Part shown: positions 43,010 through 57,499 of the stretch, piece by piece
Layout of the letters: the number at the start of each line of letters is the position of its first letter
How positions within the stretch are numbered: position 1 is the stretch's first letter
Assembly (NCBI RefSeq): GCF_009914755.1
Contig: NC_060933.1
Length of the DNA stretch: 64,000 nucleotides
Direction: 5' to 3' (one strand)
DNA from: the human T2T-CHM13v2.0 reference genome, Homo sapiens
Position numbers and translations under genes: made by a program
The notes under the pieces: model-generated
Told to the model about the DNA's origin: nothing
The model's input: the letters and a program-made list of their open reading frames with translations, nothing else
The model's database searches: none

Positions 43010-46000
43010 CCATTCCGGATGATTCCTTTCCATTGCATTCCATTACATTCCATTCCATTCCGTTCCATTTCATTCTATTCGTGTTAATTCCATTCCATTC
43101 CATTCCACTCCATTCCAGTCCTTTCCATTCCATTCCACTCGTGTTGATTCCATTCTATTCCTTTCAATTCCATTCCATTCCATTGCAATCGAGTTGATTC
43201 CATTCGAGTTGAATCCATTCCATTCCATTCCATTCCATTCCATTGCACACGGGTTCATTCCATTCCATTCCATTCCATTCCATTCCATTCCATTCCATTC
43301 CATTCCATTCCATTCCATTTCATTCTATTCCATTCTATTCCATACCATTCCATTACATTCCATTCCATTCCGTTCCATTCCATGCCATTACACTCGGGTT
43401 GATTCCATTGCTTTCCATTCCATTCTTGTTGAATCCATTCCATTCCATTCCTTTCCATTCGAATCCATTCCATTGCACTCGGGTTGATTCCATTCCATTC
43501 CATTCCATTCCATTTCATTCCATTCCATTCCATTACATTCGGATTGATTCTATTCAATTCCCTTACACTCCATTACATTCCATTCCATTCGGGATGTTTC
43601 CATTCCATTCCATTCCATTCCACTCCATTCCATTGCATCAGGTTGATTGCATTCCATTCCATTCCATTCCATTCCGGATGATTCCATTCCATTGCATTCC
43701 ATTCCATTCCATTCCCCTGCACTCGGGATGATTCCATTCCATTCCATTCCATTCCATTCCATTCCATTCCATTCCATTCCGTTCCATTCCATTCCATTCC
43801 ATTCTATTCCGGTTAATTCCATTCCATTCCATTCGATTAAATTCCATTCCATTCCATTCCATTGCAATCGAGTTGATTCCATTCCTTTCCAGTCCATTCC
43901 GTTCCGGATGATTCCATTCCATTCCATTCCATTCCATTCCCCTGCAGTCGGGTTGATTCCATTCCATTCCATTCCATTCCATTCCATTCCATTCCATTCC
44001 ATTCCATTCCATTCCGTTCAATTCCATTCCATTCCATTCTATTCGGGTTAATTCCATTCCATTCCATTCCATTCCATTCCATTCCATTCCAATCGAGTTG
44101 ATTCCATTCCATTCCATTCCATTCCATTCGAATCCATTCCATTGCACTCGGGTTGATTCCATTCCATTCCATTCCATTCCATTTCATTCCATTCCATTCC
44201 ATTACATTCGGATTGATTCTATTCAATTCCCTTACACTCCATTACATTCCATTCCATTCGGGATGTTTCCATTCCATTCCATTCCATTCCACTCCATTCC
44301 ATTGCATCAGGTTGATTGCATTCCATTCCATTCCATTCCATTCCGGATGATTCCATTCCATTGCATTCCATTCCATTCCATTCCCCTGCACTCGGGTTGA
44401 TTCCATTCCATTCCATTCCATTCCATTCCGTTCCATTCCATTCCATTCCGTTCTATTCCGGTTAATTCCATTCCATTCCATTCGATTAAATTCCATTCCA
44501 TTCCATTCCATTGCAATCGAGTTGATTCCATTCCATTCCAGTCCATTCCATTCCGGATGATTCCATTCCATTCCATTCCATTCCATTCCATTCCATTCCC
44601 CTGCAGTCGGATTGATTCCATTCCATTCCATTCCATTCCATTCCATTCCATTCCATTCCATTCCATTCCATTGTACTCGGGTTGATTCCATTCCATTGCA
44701 TTCCATTCCATTCCATTCCATTCCATTCCGTTGCATTCCATTACATTCAGATTGATTCTATTCAACTCCCTTACTATCCATTACATTCCATTCCATTCTT
44801 GTTGTTCCATTCCATTCCATTCCATTCCACTCCATTCCATTGCACTCGGGTTGATTCCATTCCATTCCATTCCATTCCATTCCATTCCATTCCGGATGAT
44901 TCCATTCCATTGCATTTCGTTCCATTACATTCCCCTGCACTCGCGTTGATTCCATTCCATTCCATTCAATTCCATTCCATTACAATTCGTTCCATTCCAT
45001 TCTATTCCGTACCATTCCATTCCATTCCATACCATTCCATTCCATTCCCTTCCATTCCATTCCGTTCCATTCCGTTCCATTGCATTCCATTCCATTCTAT
45101 TCGGGTTAATTCCATTCCATTCCATTCCATTCCATTCTATTCCATTCCATTGCAATCGAGTTGAATCCATTGCATTTCATTCCATTCCATTCCATTCCAT
45201 TCCATTCCGGAAGATTCCATTCCATTGCATTCCATTCCCCTGCACTCGCGTTGATTCCATTCCATTCCATTCCATTCCATTCCGTTCCGTTCCGTTCCAT
45301 TCCATTCCATTCGATTCCATTCCGTTCCGTTCCATTCCATTCCATTCCATTCTATTTGGGTTAATTCCATTCCATTCCATTCGATTGCAATCGAGTTGAT
45401 TCCATTCCATTCCATTCCATTCCATTCCTTTCCATTCCATTACGGATGATTCCATTCCATTGCATTCCATTCCATTCCATTCCCCTGTACTCGGGTTGAT
45501 TCCATTCCATTCCATTCCAATCCATGCCATTCCACTCGTGTTGATTCCATTCTTTCCATTCCATTCAAGTTGAATCCATTCCATTGCATTCCATTCCATT
45601 CGATTCCATTCGATTGCACTCGGGGTGATTCCATTCCATTGCATTCCATTCCATTCCATTCCATTCCATTCCATTCCATTCCGTTCCATTCCATTCCATT
45701 CCATTCGGATTGATTCTATTCAATTCCCTTACACTCCATTACATTCCATTCCATTCGGGTAGTTTCCATTCCATTCCATTCCATTCCTCTCCATTCCATT
45801 ACACTCGGGTTGATTCCATTCCATTGCATTCCATTCCATTCAATTCAATTCCATTCCGTTCCATTCCATTCCATTACATTCGGATTGATTCTATTCAACT
45901 CCCGTACTCTCCATTACATTCGATTCCATTCGGGTTGTTCCATTCCATTCCATTCCATTCCATTCCATTCCATTCCGGATGATTCCTTTCCATTGCATTC

Positions 46001-47240
46001 CATTTCATTCCATTCCATTCCGTTCCATTTCATTCTATTCGTGTTAATTCCATTCCATTCCATTCCACTCCATTCCAGTCCTTTCCATTCCATTCCACTC
46101 GTGTTGATTCCATTCTATTCCTTTCAATTCCATTCCATTCCATTGCAATCGAGTTGATTCCATTCGAGTTGAATGCATTCCATTCCATTCCATTCCATTC
46201 CATTGCACACGGGTTCATTCCATTCCATTCCATTCCATTCCATTCCATTTCATTCTATTCCATTCTATTCCATACCATTCCATTCCATCCCATTCCATTC
46301 CGTTCCATTCCATGCCATTACACTCGGGTTGATTCCATTCCTTTCCATTCCATTCTTGTTGAATCCATTCCATTCCATTCCATTCCATTCGAATCCATTC
46401 CATTGCACTCGGGTTGATTCCATTCCATTCCATTCCATTCCATTTCATTCCATTCCATTCCATTACATTCGGATTGATTCTATTCAATTCCCTTACACTC
46501 CATTACATTCCATTCCATTCGGGATGTTTCCATTCCATTCCATTCCATTCCACTCCATTCCATTGCATCAGGTTGATTGCATTCCATTCCATTCCATTCC
46601 ATTCCGGATGATTCCATTCCATTGCATTCCATTCCATTCCATTCCCCTGCACTCGGGTTGATTCCATTCCATTCCATTCCATTCCATTCCATTCCATTCC
46701 ATTCCGTTCCATTCCATTCCATTCCATTCTATTCCGGTTAATTCCATTCCATTCCATTCGATTAAATTCCATTCCATTCCATTCCATTGCAATCGAGTTG
46801 ATTCCATTCCATTCCAGTCCATTCCGTTCCGGATGATTCCATTCCATTCCATTCCATTCCATTCCATTCCCCTGCAGTCGGGTTAATTCCATTCCATTCC
46901 ATTCCATTCCATTCCATTCCATTCCAATCGAGTTGATTCCATTCCATTCCATTCCATTCCATTCGAATCCATTCCATTGCACTCGGGTTGATTCCATTCC
47001 ATTCCATTCCATTCCATTTCATTCCATTCCATTCCATTACATTCGGATTGACTCTATTCAATTCCCTTACACTCCATTACATTCCATTCCATTCGGGATG
47101 TTTCCATTCCATTCCATTCCATTCCACTCCATTCCATTGCATCAGGTTGATTGCATTCCATTCCATTCCATTCCATTCCGGATGATTCCATTCCATTGCA
47201 TTCCATTCCATTCCATTCCCCTGCACTCGGGTTGATTCCA
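43010..47240 (-). repeat. Direct duplication ~43,010-44,400 vs ~45,970-47,240, each with an internal repeat
   Basis: CATTGCACACGGGTTC lies at 43241 and 46201 (offset 2,960). ORFs 43484, 44153 and 46414 are identical and 46988 differs by one residue. ORFs 44098 and 46933 are identical. Confidence 0.85.
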
Positions 47241-47830
47241 TTCCATTCCACTCCATTCCGTTCCATTCCATTCCATTCCTTTTTATTCGGGTTAATTCCA
47301 TTCCATTCCATTCAATTCCATTCCATTCCAATCCATTACAATCGAGTTGATTCCATTCCATTCCATTCCATTCCATTCCATTCCAGTCATTTCCATTCCA
47401 TTCCACTCGGATTGATTCCATTCTATTAGTTTCCATTCCTTTCCATTCCCTTCCATTCCACTCTGGTTGATTCCATTCCTTTCAATTCCACTCGAATACG
47501 TTCCCTCCTCTTCCACTCTGAACGATTCCATTCTATTCCATTCCATTCCATTCCATTTCGTTCCATTCCATTCTATTCCGTACCATTCCATTCCATTCCA
47601 TTCCTTTCCATTCCATTCCATTCCACTCGTGTTGATTCCATTCCTTTCCATTCCATTCGGTTTGAAGGCATTCCAATCCATTCAATTCCATTCCATTCCA
47701 TTCCATTCCATTCCATTCCATTCCATTCCATTCCATTCCATTGTACTCGGGTTGATTCCATTCCATTGCATTCCATTCCATTCCATTCCCCTTCTGTCGG
47801 GTTGATTCCATTCCATTCCATTCCATTCCA

Positions 47831-47960
47831 TTCCATTCCGTTCCTTTCCATTTAATTCCATTCCATTCTATTCGGGTTAATTCCATTCCATTCCATTCCA
47901 TTCCATTCCGTTCCTTTCCATTTAATTCCATTCCATTCTATTCGGGTTAATTCCATTCCA
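47831..47960 (-). repeat. 70-bp tandem duplication
   Basis: TTCCATTCCGTTCCTTTCCATTTAATTCCATTCCATTCTATTCGGGTTAA at 47831 and 47901. Confidence 0.88.
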
Positions 47961-50820
47961 TTCCATTCCATTCCATTCCATTCCATTCCAATCGAGTTGA
48001 TTCCATTCCATTCCATTCCATTCCATTCCACTCCATTCCAGTCCTTTCCATTCCATTCCACTCGGGTTGATTCCAATGTATTCCTTTCCATTCCATTCCA
48101 TTCCATTGCAATCGAGTTGATTCCATTGCTTTGCATTCCATTCCATTCCATTCCATTCCGGATGATTCCATTCCATTGCATTCCATTCCATTCCATTCCC
48201 CTGCACTCGGGTTGATTCCATTCCATTCCACTCCATTCCGTTCCATTCCATTCCATTCCGTTTTATTCGGGTTAATTCCATTCCATTCCATTCAATTCCA
48301 TTCCATTCCAATCCATTACAATCGAGTTGATTCCATTCCATTCCATTCCATTCCATTCCATTCCATTCCATTCCAGTCATTTCCATTCCATTCCACTCGG
48401 GTTGATTCCATTCTATTAGTTTCCATTCCATTCCATTCCCTTCCATTCCACTCTGGTTGATTCCATTCCTTTCCATTCCACTCGAATACGTTCCCTCCTA
48501 TTCCACTCTGAACGATTCCATTCTATTCCATTCCATTCCATTCCATTTCGTTCCATTCCATTCTATTCCGTACCATTCCATTCCATTCCATTCCTTTCCA
48601 TTCCATTCCATTCCACTCGTGTTGATTGCATTCCTTTCCATTCCATTCGGTTTGAAGGCATTCCAATCCATTCAATTCCATTCCATTCCATTCCATTGCA
48701 TTCCATTCCATTACATTCCATTCCATTCCATTCCATTCCATTGTACTCGGGTTGATTCCATTCCATTGCATTCCATTCCATTCCATTCCATTCCATTCCG
48801 GATGATTCCATTCCATTGCATTCCGTTCCATTACATTCCCCTGCACTCGCGTTGATTCCATTCCATTCCATTCCATTCCATTCAGTTCCATTCCATTACA
48901 ATTCGTTCCATTCCATTCTATTCCGTACTATTCCATTCCATTCCATACCATTCCATTCCATTCCATTCTATTCCATTCCATTCCATTCTTTCCATTCCTT
49001 TCCATTCCATTCCATTCCATTCTATTCGGGTTAATTCCATTCCAATCCATTCCATTCCATTCTATTCCATTCCATTGCAATCGAGTTGAGTCCATTGCAT
49101 TTCATTCCATTCCATTCCATTCCATTCCGGAAGATTCCATTCCATTGCATTCCATTCCATTCCATTCCCCTACACTCGCGTTGATTCCATTCCATTCCAA
49201 TCCATTCCATTCCATTCCGTTCCGTTCCGTTCCGTTCCATTCCATTCCACTCCATTCCATTCCATTCCGTTCCGTTCCATTCCATTCCTTTCCATTCTAT
49301 TCGGGTAATTCCATTCCATTCCATTCGATTGCAATCGAGTTGATTCCATTCCATTCCATTCCATTCCATTCCATTCCATTCCTTTCCATTCCATTACGGA
49401 TGATTCCATTCCATTGCATTCCATTCCATTCCATTCCCCTGTACTCGGGTTGATTCCATTCCATTCCATTCCAATCCATGCCATTCCACTCGTGTTGATT
49501 CCATTCTTTCCATTCCATTCAAGTTGAATCCATTCCATTGCATTGCATTCCATTCGATTCCATTCGATTGCACTCTTGTTGATTCCATTCCATTCCATTC
49601 CATTCCATTCCATTCCATTCCATTCCGTTCCATTCCATTCCATTACATTCGGAATGATTCTATTCAACTCCCTTACTCTCCATTACATTCCATTCCATTA
49701 GGGTTGTTCCATTCCATTCCATTCCATTCCACTCCATTCCATTGCACTCGGGTTGATTCCGTTCCATTCCATTCCATTCCATTCCATTCTATTCAGGTTA
49801 ATTCCATTCCATTCCATTCGATTGCAATCGAGTTGATTCCATTCCATTCCATTCCATTCCCTTCCATTCCATTCCATTCCTTTCCATTCCATTACGGATG
49901 ATTCCATTCCATTGCATTCCATTCCATTCCATTCCCCTGTACTCGGGTTCATTCCATTCCATTCCATTCCAATCCATGCCATTCTACTCGTGTTGATTCC
50001 ATTCTTTCCATTCCATTCAAGTTGAATCCATTCCATTGCTTTCCATTCCATTCCATTCCCCTGCAGTCGGGTTGATTCCATTCCATTCCACTACATTCCC
50101 TTCCATTCCATTTCATTCCGTTCCGTTCCATTTAATTCCATTCCATTCTATTCGGGTTAATTCCATTCCATTCCATTCCATTCCATTCCATTCCATTCCA
50201 ATCGAGTTGATTCCATTCCATTCCATTCCATTCCATTCCACTCCATTCCAGTCATTTCCATTCCATTCCACTCGGGTTGATTCCAATGTATTCCTTTCCA
50301 GTCCATTCCATTCCATTGCAATCGAGTTGATTCCATTGCTTTGCATTCCATTCCATTCCATTCCATTCCGGATGATTCCATTCCATTGCATTCCATTCCA
50401 TTCCATTCCCCTGCACTCGGGTTGATTCCATTCCATTCCACTCCATTCCGTTCCATTCCATTCCATTCCATTGTATTTGGGTTAATTCCATTCCATTCCA
50501 TTCCATTCCATTCCATTCCATTCCATTCCATTACAATCGAGTTGATTCCATTTCATTCCATTCCATTCCATTCCATTCCAGTCCTTTCCATTCCATTCCA
50601 CTCGGGTTGATTCCATTCTATTAGTTTCCATTCCATTCCATTCCCTTCCATTCCACTCTGGTTGATTCCATTCCTTTCCAATCCACTCGAATACATTCCC
50701 TCCTATTCCACTCGGAACGATTCCATTCCATTCCATTCCATTCCATTCCATTCCATTGCATTCCATTTCTTTCCATTCCATTCTATTCCATACCATTCCA
50801 TTCCATTCGATTGCATTCCA
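47900..50820 (-). repeat. Long-range copy of ~19,360-22,680 (offset ~28.1-28.5 kb)
   Basis: Shared private variants in order: GAATACGTTCCCTCCTATTCCACTCTGAACG 19941/48484, CCCCTACACTCGCG ~20764/~49167, CTCTTGTTG 21161/49573, GTATTTGGG 22391/50473, CCAATCCACTCG 22541/50678. Confidence 0.82.
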
Positions 50821-51439
50821 TTCCATTCCATTCCATTCCACTCCATTCCAGTCCTTTCCATTCCATTCCACTCGGGTTGATTCCAATGTATTCCTTTCCA
50901 TTCCATTCCATTCCATTGCAATCGAGTTGATTCCATTGCTTTGCATTCCATTCCATTCCATTCCCCTGCACTCGGGTTGATTCCATTCCATTCCACTCCA
51001 TTCCGTTCCATTCCATTCCTTTCCGTTTTATTCGGGTTAATTCCATTCCATTCCATTCAATTCCATTCCATTCCAATCCATTACAATGGAGTTGATTCCA
51101 TTCCATTCCATTCCATTCCATTCCATTCCATTCCATTCCAGTCATTTCCATTCCATTCCACTCGGGTTGATTCCATTCTATTAGTTTCCATTCCATTCGA
51201 TTCCATTCGATTGCACTCGGGTTGATTCCATTCCATTGCATTCCATTCCATTCCATTCCATTCCATTCCATTCCATTCCATTGCATTCCATTCCATTCCC
51301 CTCTACTCGGGTTGATTCCTTTCCATTCCATTCCACTCCATTCGGTTCTGTTGCATTCCATTCTATTGCATTCCATTCCATTCGGGTTAATTCCATTCCA
51401 TTCCATTCCATTCCACTCCATTCCATTGCACTCGGGTTG

Positions 51440-52480
51440 ATTCCTTTCCATTCCATTCCATTCCGGAAGATTCCATTCCATTACATTCCATTACATTCCA
51501 TTCCCCTGCACTCGCGTTGATTCCATTCCATTCCATTCCATTCCATTCCATTCCATTCCTTTCCGTTCCATTCCAATCCATTCCATTCCATTCCGTTCCG
51601 TTCCGTTCCGTTCCATTCCATTCCATTCCATTCTATTCGGGTTAATTGCATTCCATTCCATTCGATTGCAATTGAGTTGATTCCATTCCATTCCATTCCA
51701 TTCCATTCCATTCCATTCCTTTCCATTCCATTACGGATGATTCCATTCCATTGCATTCCATTCCATTCCATTCCCCTGTACTCGGGTTGATTCCATTCCA
51801 TTCCATTCCAATCCATGCCATTCCACTCGTGTTGATTCCATTCTTTCCATTCCATTCAAGTTGAATCCATTCCATTGCATTCCATTCCATTCGATTCCAT
51901 TCGATTGCACTCGGGTTGATTCCATTCCATTGCATTCCATTCCATCCCATTTCATTCCATTCCATTCCTTTCCATTCCATTCCATTCTATTCCATTCCAT
52001 TGCAATCGAGTTGATTCCATTCCATTCCTTTCCATTCCATTCCATTGCCTTGAATTCCACTCGGGTTGATTCCATTCCCTTCTTTCCACTCCATTACATT
52101 CCCTTCCATTCCACTCGGAATGATTGATTCCATTCCATTCCATTCCATTTCATTCCATTACAATCCATTCCAATCCATTCCATTATATTCCATTCCACTC
52201 GAGTTGATTTCATTCCATTCCTTTCCATTCCATTCCATTCGTTTCCACTCGAGTTGATTCCATTCCATTCCATTCCATTGCATTCCATTCCATGCCATTC
52301 CACTCTGGTTGATTCCATTCCATTCCATTCCATTCCATTCCATTCCATTCCATTCCATTGCATTCCATTCCATTCCTTTCCCCTGCACTCGGGTTGATTC
52401 CATGCCTTTCCATTCCATTTAATTCCATTCCATTCCATTCCATTCCATTCCATTCCAATCCGTTCCATTCCATTCCATTC
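51440..52480 (-). repeat. Long-range copy of ~17,300-18,350 (offset 34,123)
   Basis: ATCCCATTTC 17821/51944, TATATTCC 18061/52184, and ORFs 17738/51861 and 17829/51952 at the same offset. Confidence 0.82.
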
Positions 52481-55400
52481 TATTCCACTGCAATCGACTT
52501 GATTCCATTCCATTCCATTGTATTCCATTCCATTCCATTCCATTCCATTCCATTCCATTCCATTCCATTTTGTTCCAATCCATTCTATTCCGAACCATGC
52601 CATTCCATTCCATTCCATTCCATTGCATTCCCTTCCATGCCATTCCACTCGGGTTGATTCCATTCCATTCCATTCCATTCGATTCCATTCCATTCCATTC
52701 CATTCCGTTCCGTTACGTTCCATTCCATTCCATTCCATTCTATTCGGGTTAATTCCTTTCCATTCCATTCGATTGCAATCGAGTTGATTCCATTCCATTC
52801 CATTCCATTCCATTCCATTCCATTCCATTCCTTTCCATTCCATTACGGATGATTCCATTCCATTGCATTCCATTCCATTCCATTCCCTTGTACTCGGGTT
52901 GATTCCATTCCATTGCATTCCAATGCATGCCCTTCCACTCGTGTTGATTCCATTCTTTCCATTCCATTCAAGTTGAATCCATTCCATTGCATTCCATTCC
53001 ATTCGATTCCATTCGATTGCACTCGGGTTGATTCCATTCCATTGCATTCCATTCCATTCCATTCCATTCCATTCCGTTCCATTCCGTTTCATTCCATTCC
53101 ATTACATTCGGATTGATTCTATTCAATTCCCTTACACTCCATTACATTCCATTCCATTCGGGTAGTTTCCATTCCATTCCATTCCATTCCTCTCCATTCC
53201 ATTGCACTCGGGTTCATTCCATTCCATTGCATTCCATTCCATTCCATTCAATTCCATTCCGTTCCATTCCATTCCATTACATTCGGATTGATACTATTCA
53301 TCTCCCTTAGTCTCCATTACATTACATTCCATTCGGGTTGTTCCATTCCATTCCATTCCATTCCACTCCATTCCATTGCACTCGGTTTGATTCCATTCCA
53401 TTCCATTCCATTCCATTCCGGATGATTCCATTCCATTGCATTCCATTCCATTCCATTCCCCTGCACTCAGGTTGATTCCATTCCATTCCATTCCACTCCA
53501 TTCGGTTCCGTTCCATTCCATTCTATTGCATTCCATTCTATTTGGGTTAATTCCATTCCATTCTATTCCATTCCATTCCATTCCATTCCATTGCAATGGA
53601 GTTGATTCCATTCCATTCCATTCCATTCCGGATGATTCCATTCCATTGCATTCCATTCCATTCCATTCCATTCCATTCCATTCCATTTCATTCCATTGCA
53701 ATCCATTCCAATCCATTCCATTTCATTCCACTCGAGTTGATTTCATTCCATCTCTTTCCATTCCATTCCATTCCTTTCCATTCGAGTTGATTCCATTCCA
53801 TTCCATTCCATTGCATTCCATTCCATGCCATTCCACTCGGGTTGATTCCATTCCTTTGCATTCCATTCCATTCCATTCCATTCCATTCCATTCCATTCCG
53901 TTGCATTCCATTCCATTACATTCCGATTGATTCTATTCAACTCCCTTACTCTCCATTACATTCCATTCCATTCGGGTTGTTCCATTCCATTCCATTCCAT
54001 AACACTCCATTCCATTGCACTCGGGTTGATTCCATTCCATTCCATTCCATTCCATTCCATTCCATTCCGGATGATTCCATTCCATTGCATTCCGTTCCAT
54101 TACATTCCCCTGCACTCGCGTTGATTCCATTCCATTCCATTCCATTCCATTCAATTCCATTCCATTACAATTCGTTCCATTCCATTCTATTCCGTACCAT
54201 TCCATTCCATTCCATACCATTCCATTCCATTCCATTCCATTCCATTCCATTCCATTCCGTTCCATTCCGTTCCATTCCATTCCATTCCATTCTATTCGGG
54301 TTAATTCCATTCCATTCAATTCCATTCCATTCTATTCCATTCCATTGCAATCGAGTTGAATCCATTGCATTTCATTCCATTCCATTCCATTCCATTCCGG
54401 AAGATTCCATTCCATTGCATTCCATTCCATTCCATTCCCCTGCACTCGCGTTGATTCCATTCCGTTCCATTCCATTCCATTCCGTTCCGTTCCGCTCCGT
54501 TCCATTCCATTCCATTCCATTCCGTTCCGTTCCATTCCATTCCATTCCATTCTATTCGGGTTAATTTCATTCCATTCCATTCGATTGCAATCGTGTTGAT
54601 TCCATTCCATTCCATTCCATTCCATTCCATTCCATTCCATTCCATTCCTTTCCATTCCATTACGGATGATTCCATTCCATTGCATTCCATTCCATTCCAT
54701 TCCCCTGTACTCGGGTTGATTCCATTCCATTGCATTCCAATCCATGCCCTTCCACTCGTGTTGATTCCATTCTTTCCATTCCATTCAAGTTGAATCCATT
54801 CCATTGCATTCCATTCCATTCGATTCCATTCGATTGCACTCGGGTTGATTCCATTCCATTGCATTCCATTCCATTCCATTCCATTCTATTCCATTCCGTT
54901 CCATTCCATTCCATTACATTCGGATTGATTCTATTCAATTCCCTTACACTCCATTACATTCCATTCCATTCGGGTAGTTTCCATTCCATTCCATTCCATT
55001 CCTCTCCATTCCATTGCACTCGGGTTGATTCCATTCCATTGCATTCCATTCCATTCCATTCAATTCCATTCCGTTCCATTCCATTCGATTACATTCGGAT
55101 TGATACTATTCATCTCCCTTAGTCTCCATTACATTCCATTCCATTCGGGTTGTTCCATTCCATTCCATTCCATTCCACTCCATTCCATTGCACTCGGGTT
55201 GATTCCATTCCATTGCATTCCATTCCATTCCATTCCATTCCATTCCGGAAGATTCCATTCCATTGCATTCCATTCCATTCCATTCCCCTGCACTCGCGTT
55301 GATTCCATTCCTTTCCATTCCATTCCATTCCATTCCATTCCATTCCATTCCATTCTTTTCCATTCCATTCCATTCCGTTCCGTTCCGTTCCGTTCCGTTC

Positions 55401-57499
55401 CATTCCATTCCATTCCATTCTATTCGGGTTAATTCCATTCCATTCCATTCGATTGCAATCGAGTTGATTCCATTCCATTCCATTCCATTCCATTCCATTC
55501 CATTCCTTTCCATTCCATTACGGATGATTCCATTCCATTGCATTGCATTCCATTCCATTCCCCTGTACTCGGGTTGATTCCATTCCATTCCATTCCAATC
55601 CATGCCATTCCACTCGTGTTGATTCCATTCTTTCCATTCCATTCAAGTTGAATCCATTCCATTGCATTCCATTCCATTCCATTCCCCTGCAGTCGGGTTG
55701 ATTCCATTCCATTCCATTCCATTCCATTCCATTCCGTTCCGTTCCATTCCATTGCATTCCATTCCTTTCTACTCGGGTTAATTCCATTCCATTCCATTCC
55801 ATTCCATTCCATTCCAATCGAGTTGATTCCATTCCATTCCATTCCATTCCATTCCACTCCATTCCAGTCCTTTCTATTCCATTCCACTCGGGTTGATTCC
55901 AATGTATTCCTTTCCGTTCCATTCCATTCCATTGCAATCGAGTTGATTCCATTGCTTTGCATTCCATTCCATTCCATTCCATTCCGGATGATTCCTTTCC
56001 ATTGCATTCCATTCCATTCCATTCCCCTGCACTCGTGTTGATTCCATTCCATTCCATTCCATTCCGTTCCATTCCATTCCATTCCATTGTATTCGGGTTA
56101 ATTCCATTCCATTCCATTCCATTCCATTCCATTCCATTACAATCGAGTTGATTCCATTCCATTCCATTCCATTCCAGTCCTTTCCATTCCATTCCACTCG
56201 GGTTGATTCCATTCTATTAGTTTCCATTCCATTCCATTCCCTTCCATTCCACTCTGGTTGATTCCATTCCTTTCCATTCCACTCGAATACATTCCCTCCT
56301 ATTCCACTCGGAACGATTCCATTCCATTCCATTCCATTCCATTCCATTCCATTCCATTTCGTTCCATTCCATTCTATTCCGTATCATTCCATTCCATTGC
56401 ATTCCATTCCATTCTATTCCATTCCATTCCGTTGCATTCCATTCCATTACATTCGGAATGATTCTATTCAACTCCCTTACTCTCCATTACATTCCATTCC
56501 ATTCGGGTTGTTCCATTCCATTCCATTCCATTCCACTCCATTCCATTGCACTCGGGTTGATTCCATTCCATTCCATTCCATTCCATTCCATTCCATTCCG
56601 GATGATTCCATTCCATTGCATTCCGTTCCATTACATTCCCCTGCACTCGCGTTGTTTCCATTCCATTCCATTCCATTCCATTCAATTCCATTCCATTACA
56701 ATTCGTTCCATTCCATTCTATTCCGTACCATTCCATTCCATTCCATAACATTCCATTCCACTCCATTCCATTCCATTCCGTTCCATTCCGTTCCATTCCA
56801 TTCCATTCCATTCCGTTCCGTTCCATTCCATTGCATTCCTTTCTATTCGGGTTAATTCCATTCCATTCCATTCGATTGCAATCGAGTTGATTCCATTCCA
56901 TTCCATTCCATTCCATTCCATTCCTTTCCATTCCATTACGGATGATTCCATTCCATTGCATTCCATTCCATTCCATTCCCCTGTACTCGGGTTGATTCCA
57001 TTCCATTCCATTCCAATCCATGCCATTCCACTCGTGTTGTTTCCATTCTTTCCATTCCATTCAAGTTGATTCCATTCCATTACATTCCATTCCATTCCGT
57101 TCCATTCCATTCCATTCCATTCCATTCCATTCCGTTCCGTTCCATTCCATTCCATTCTATTCGGGTTAATTCCATTCCATTCCATTCGATTGCAATCGAG
57201 TTGATTCCATTCCATTCCATTCCATTCCATTCCTTTCCATTCCATTACGGATGATTCCATTCCATTGCATTCCATTCCATTCCATTCCCCTGTACTCGGG
57301 TTGATTCCATTCCATTCCATTCCATTCCAATCCATGCCATTCCACTCTTGTTGATTCCATTCTTTCCATTCCATTCAAGTTGAATCCATTCCATTGCATT
57401 CCATTCCATTCCATTCCCCTGCAGTCGGGTTGATTCCATTCCATTCCATTCCATTCCATTCCATTCCATTCCATTCCATTCCGGATGATTCCTTTCCAT

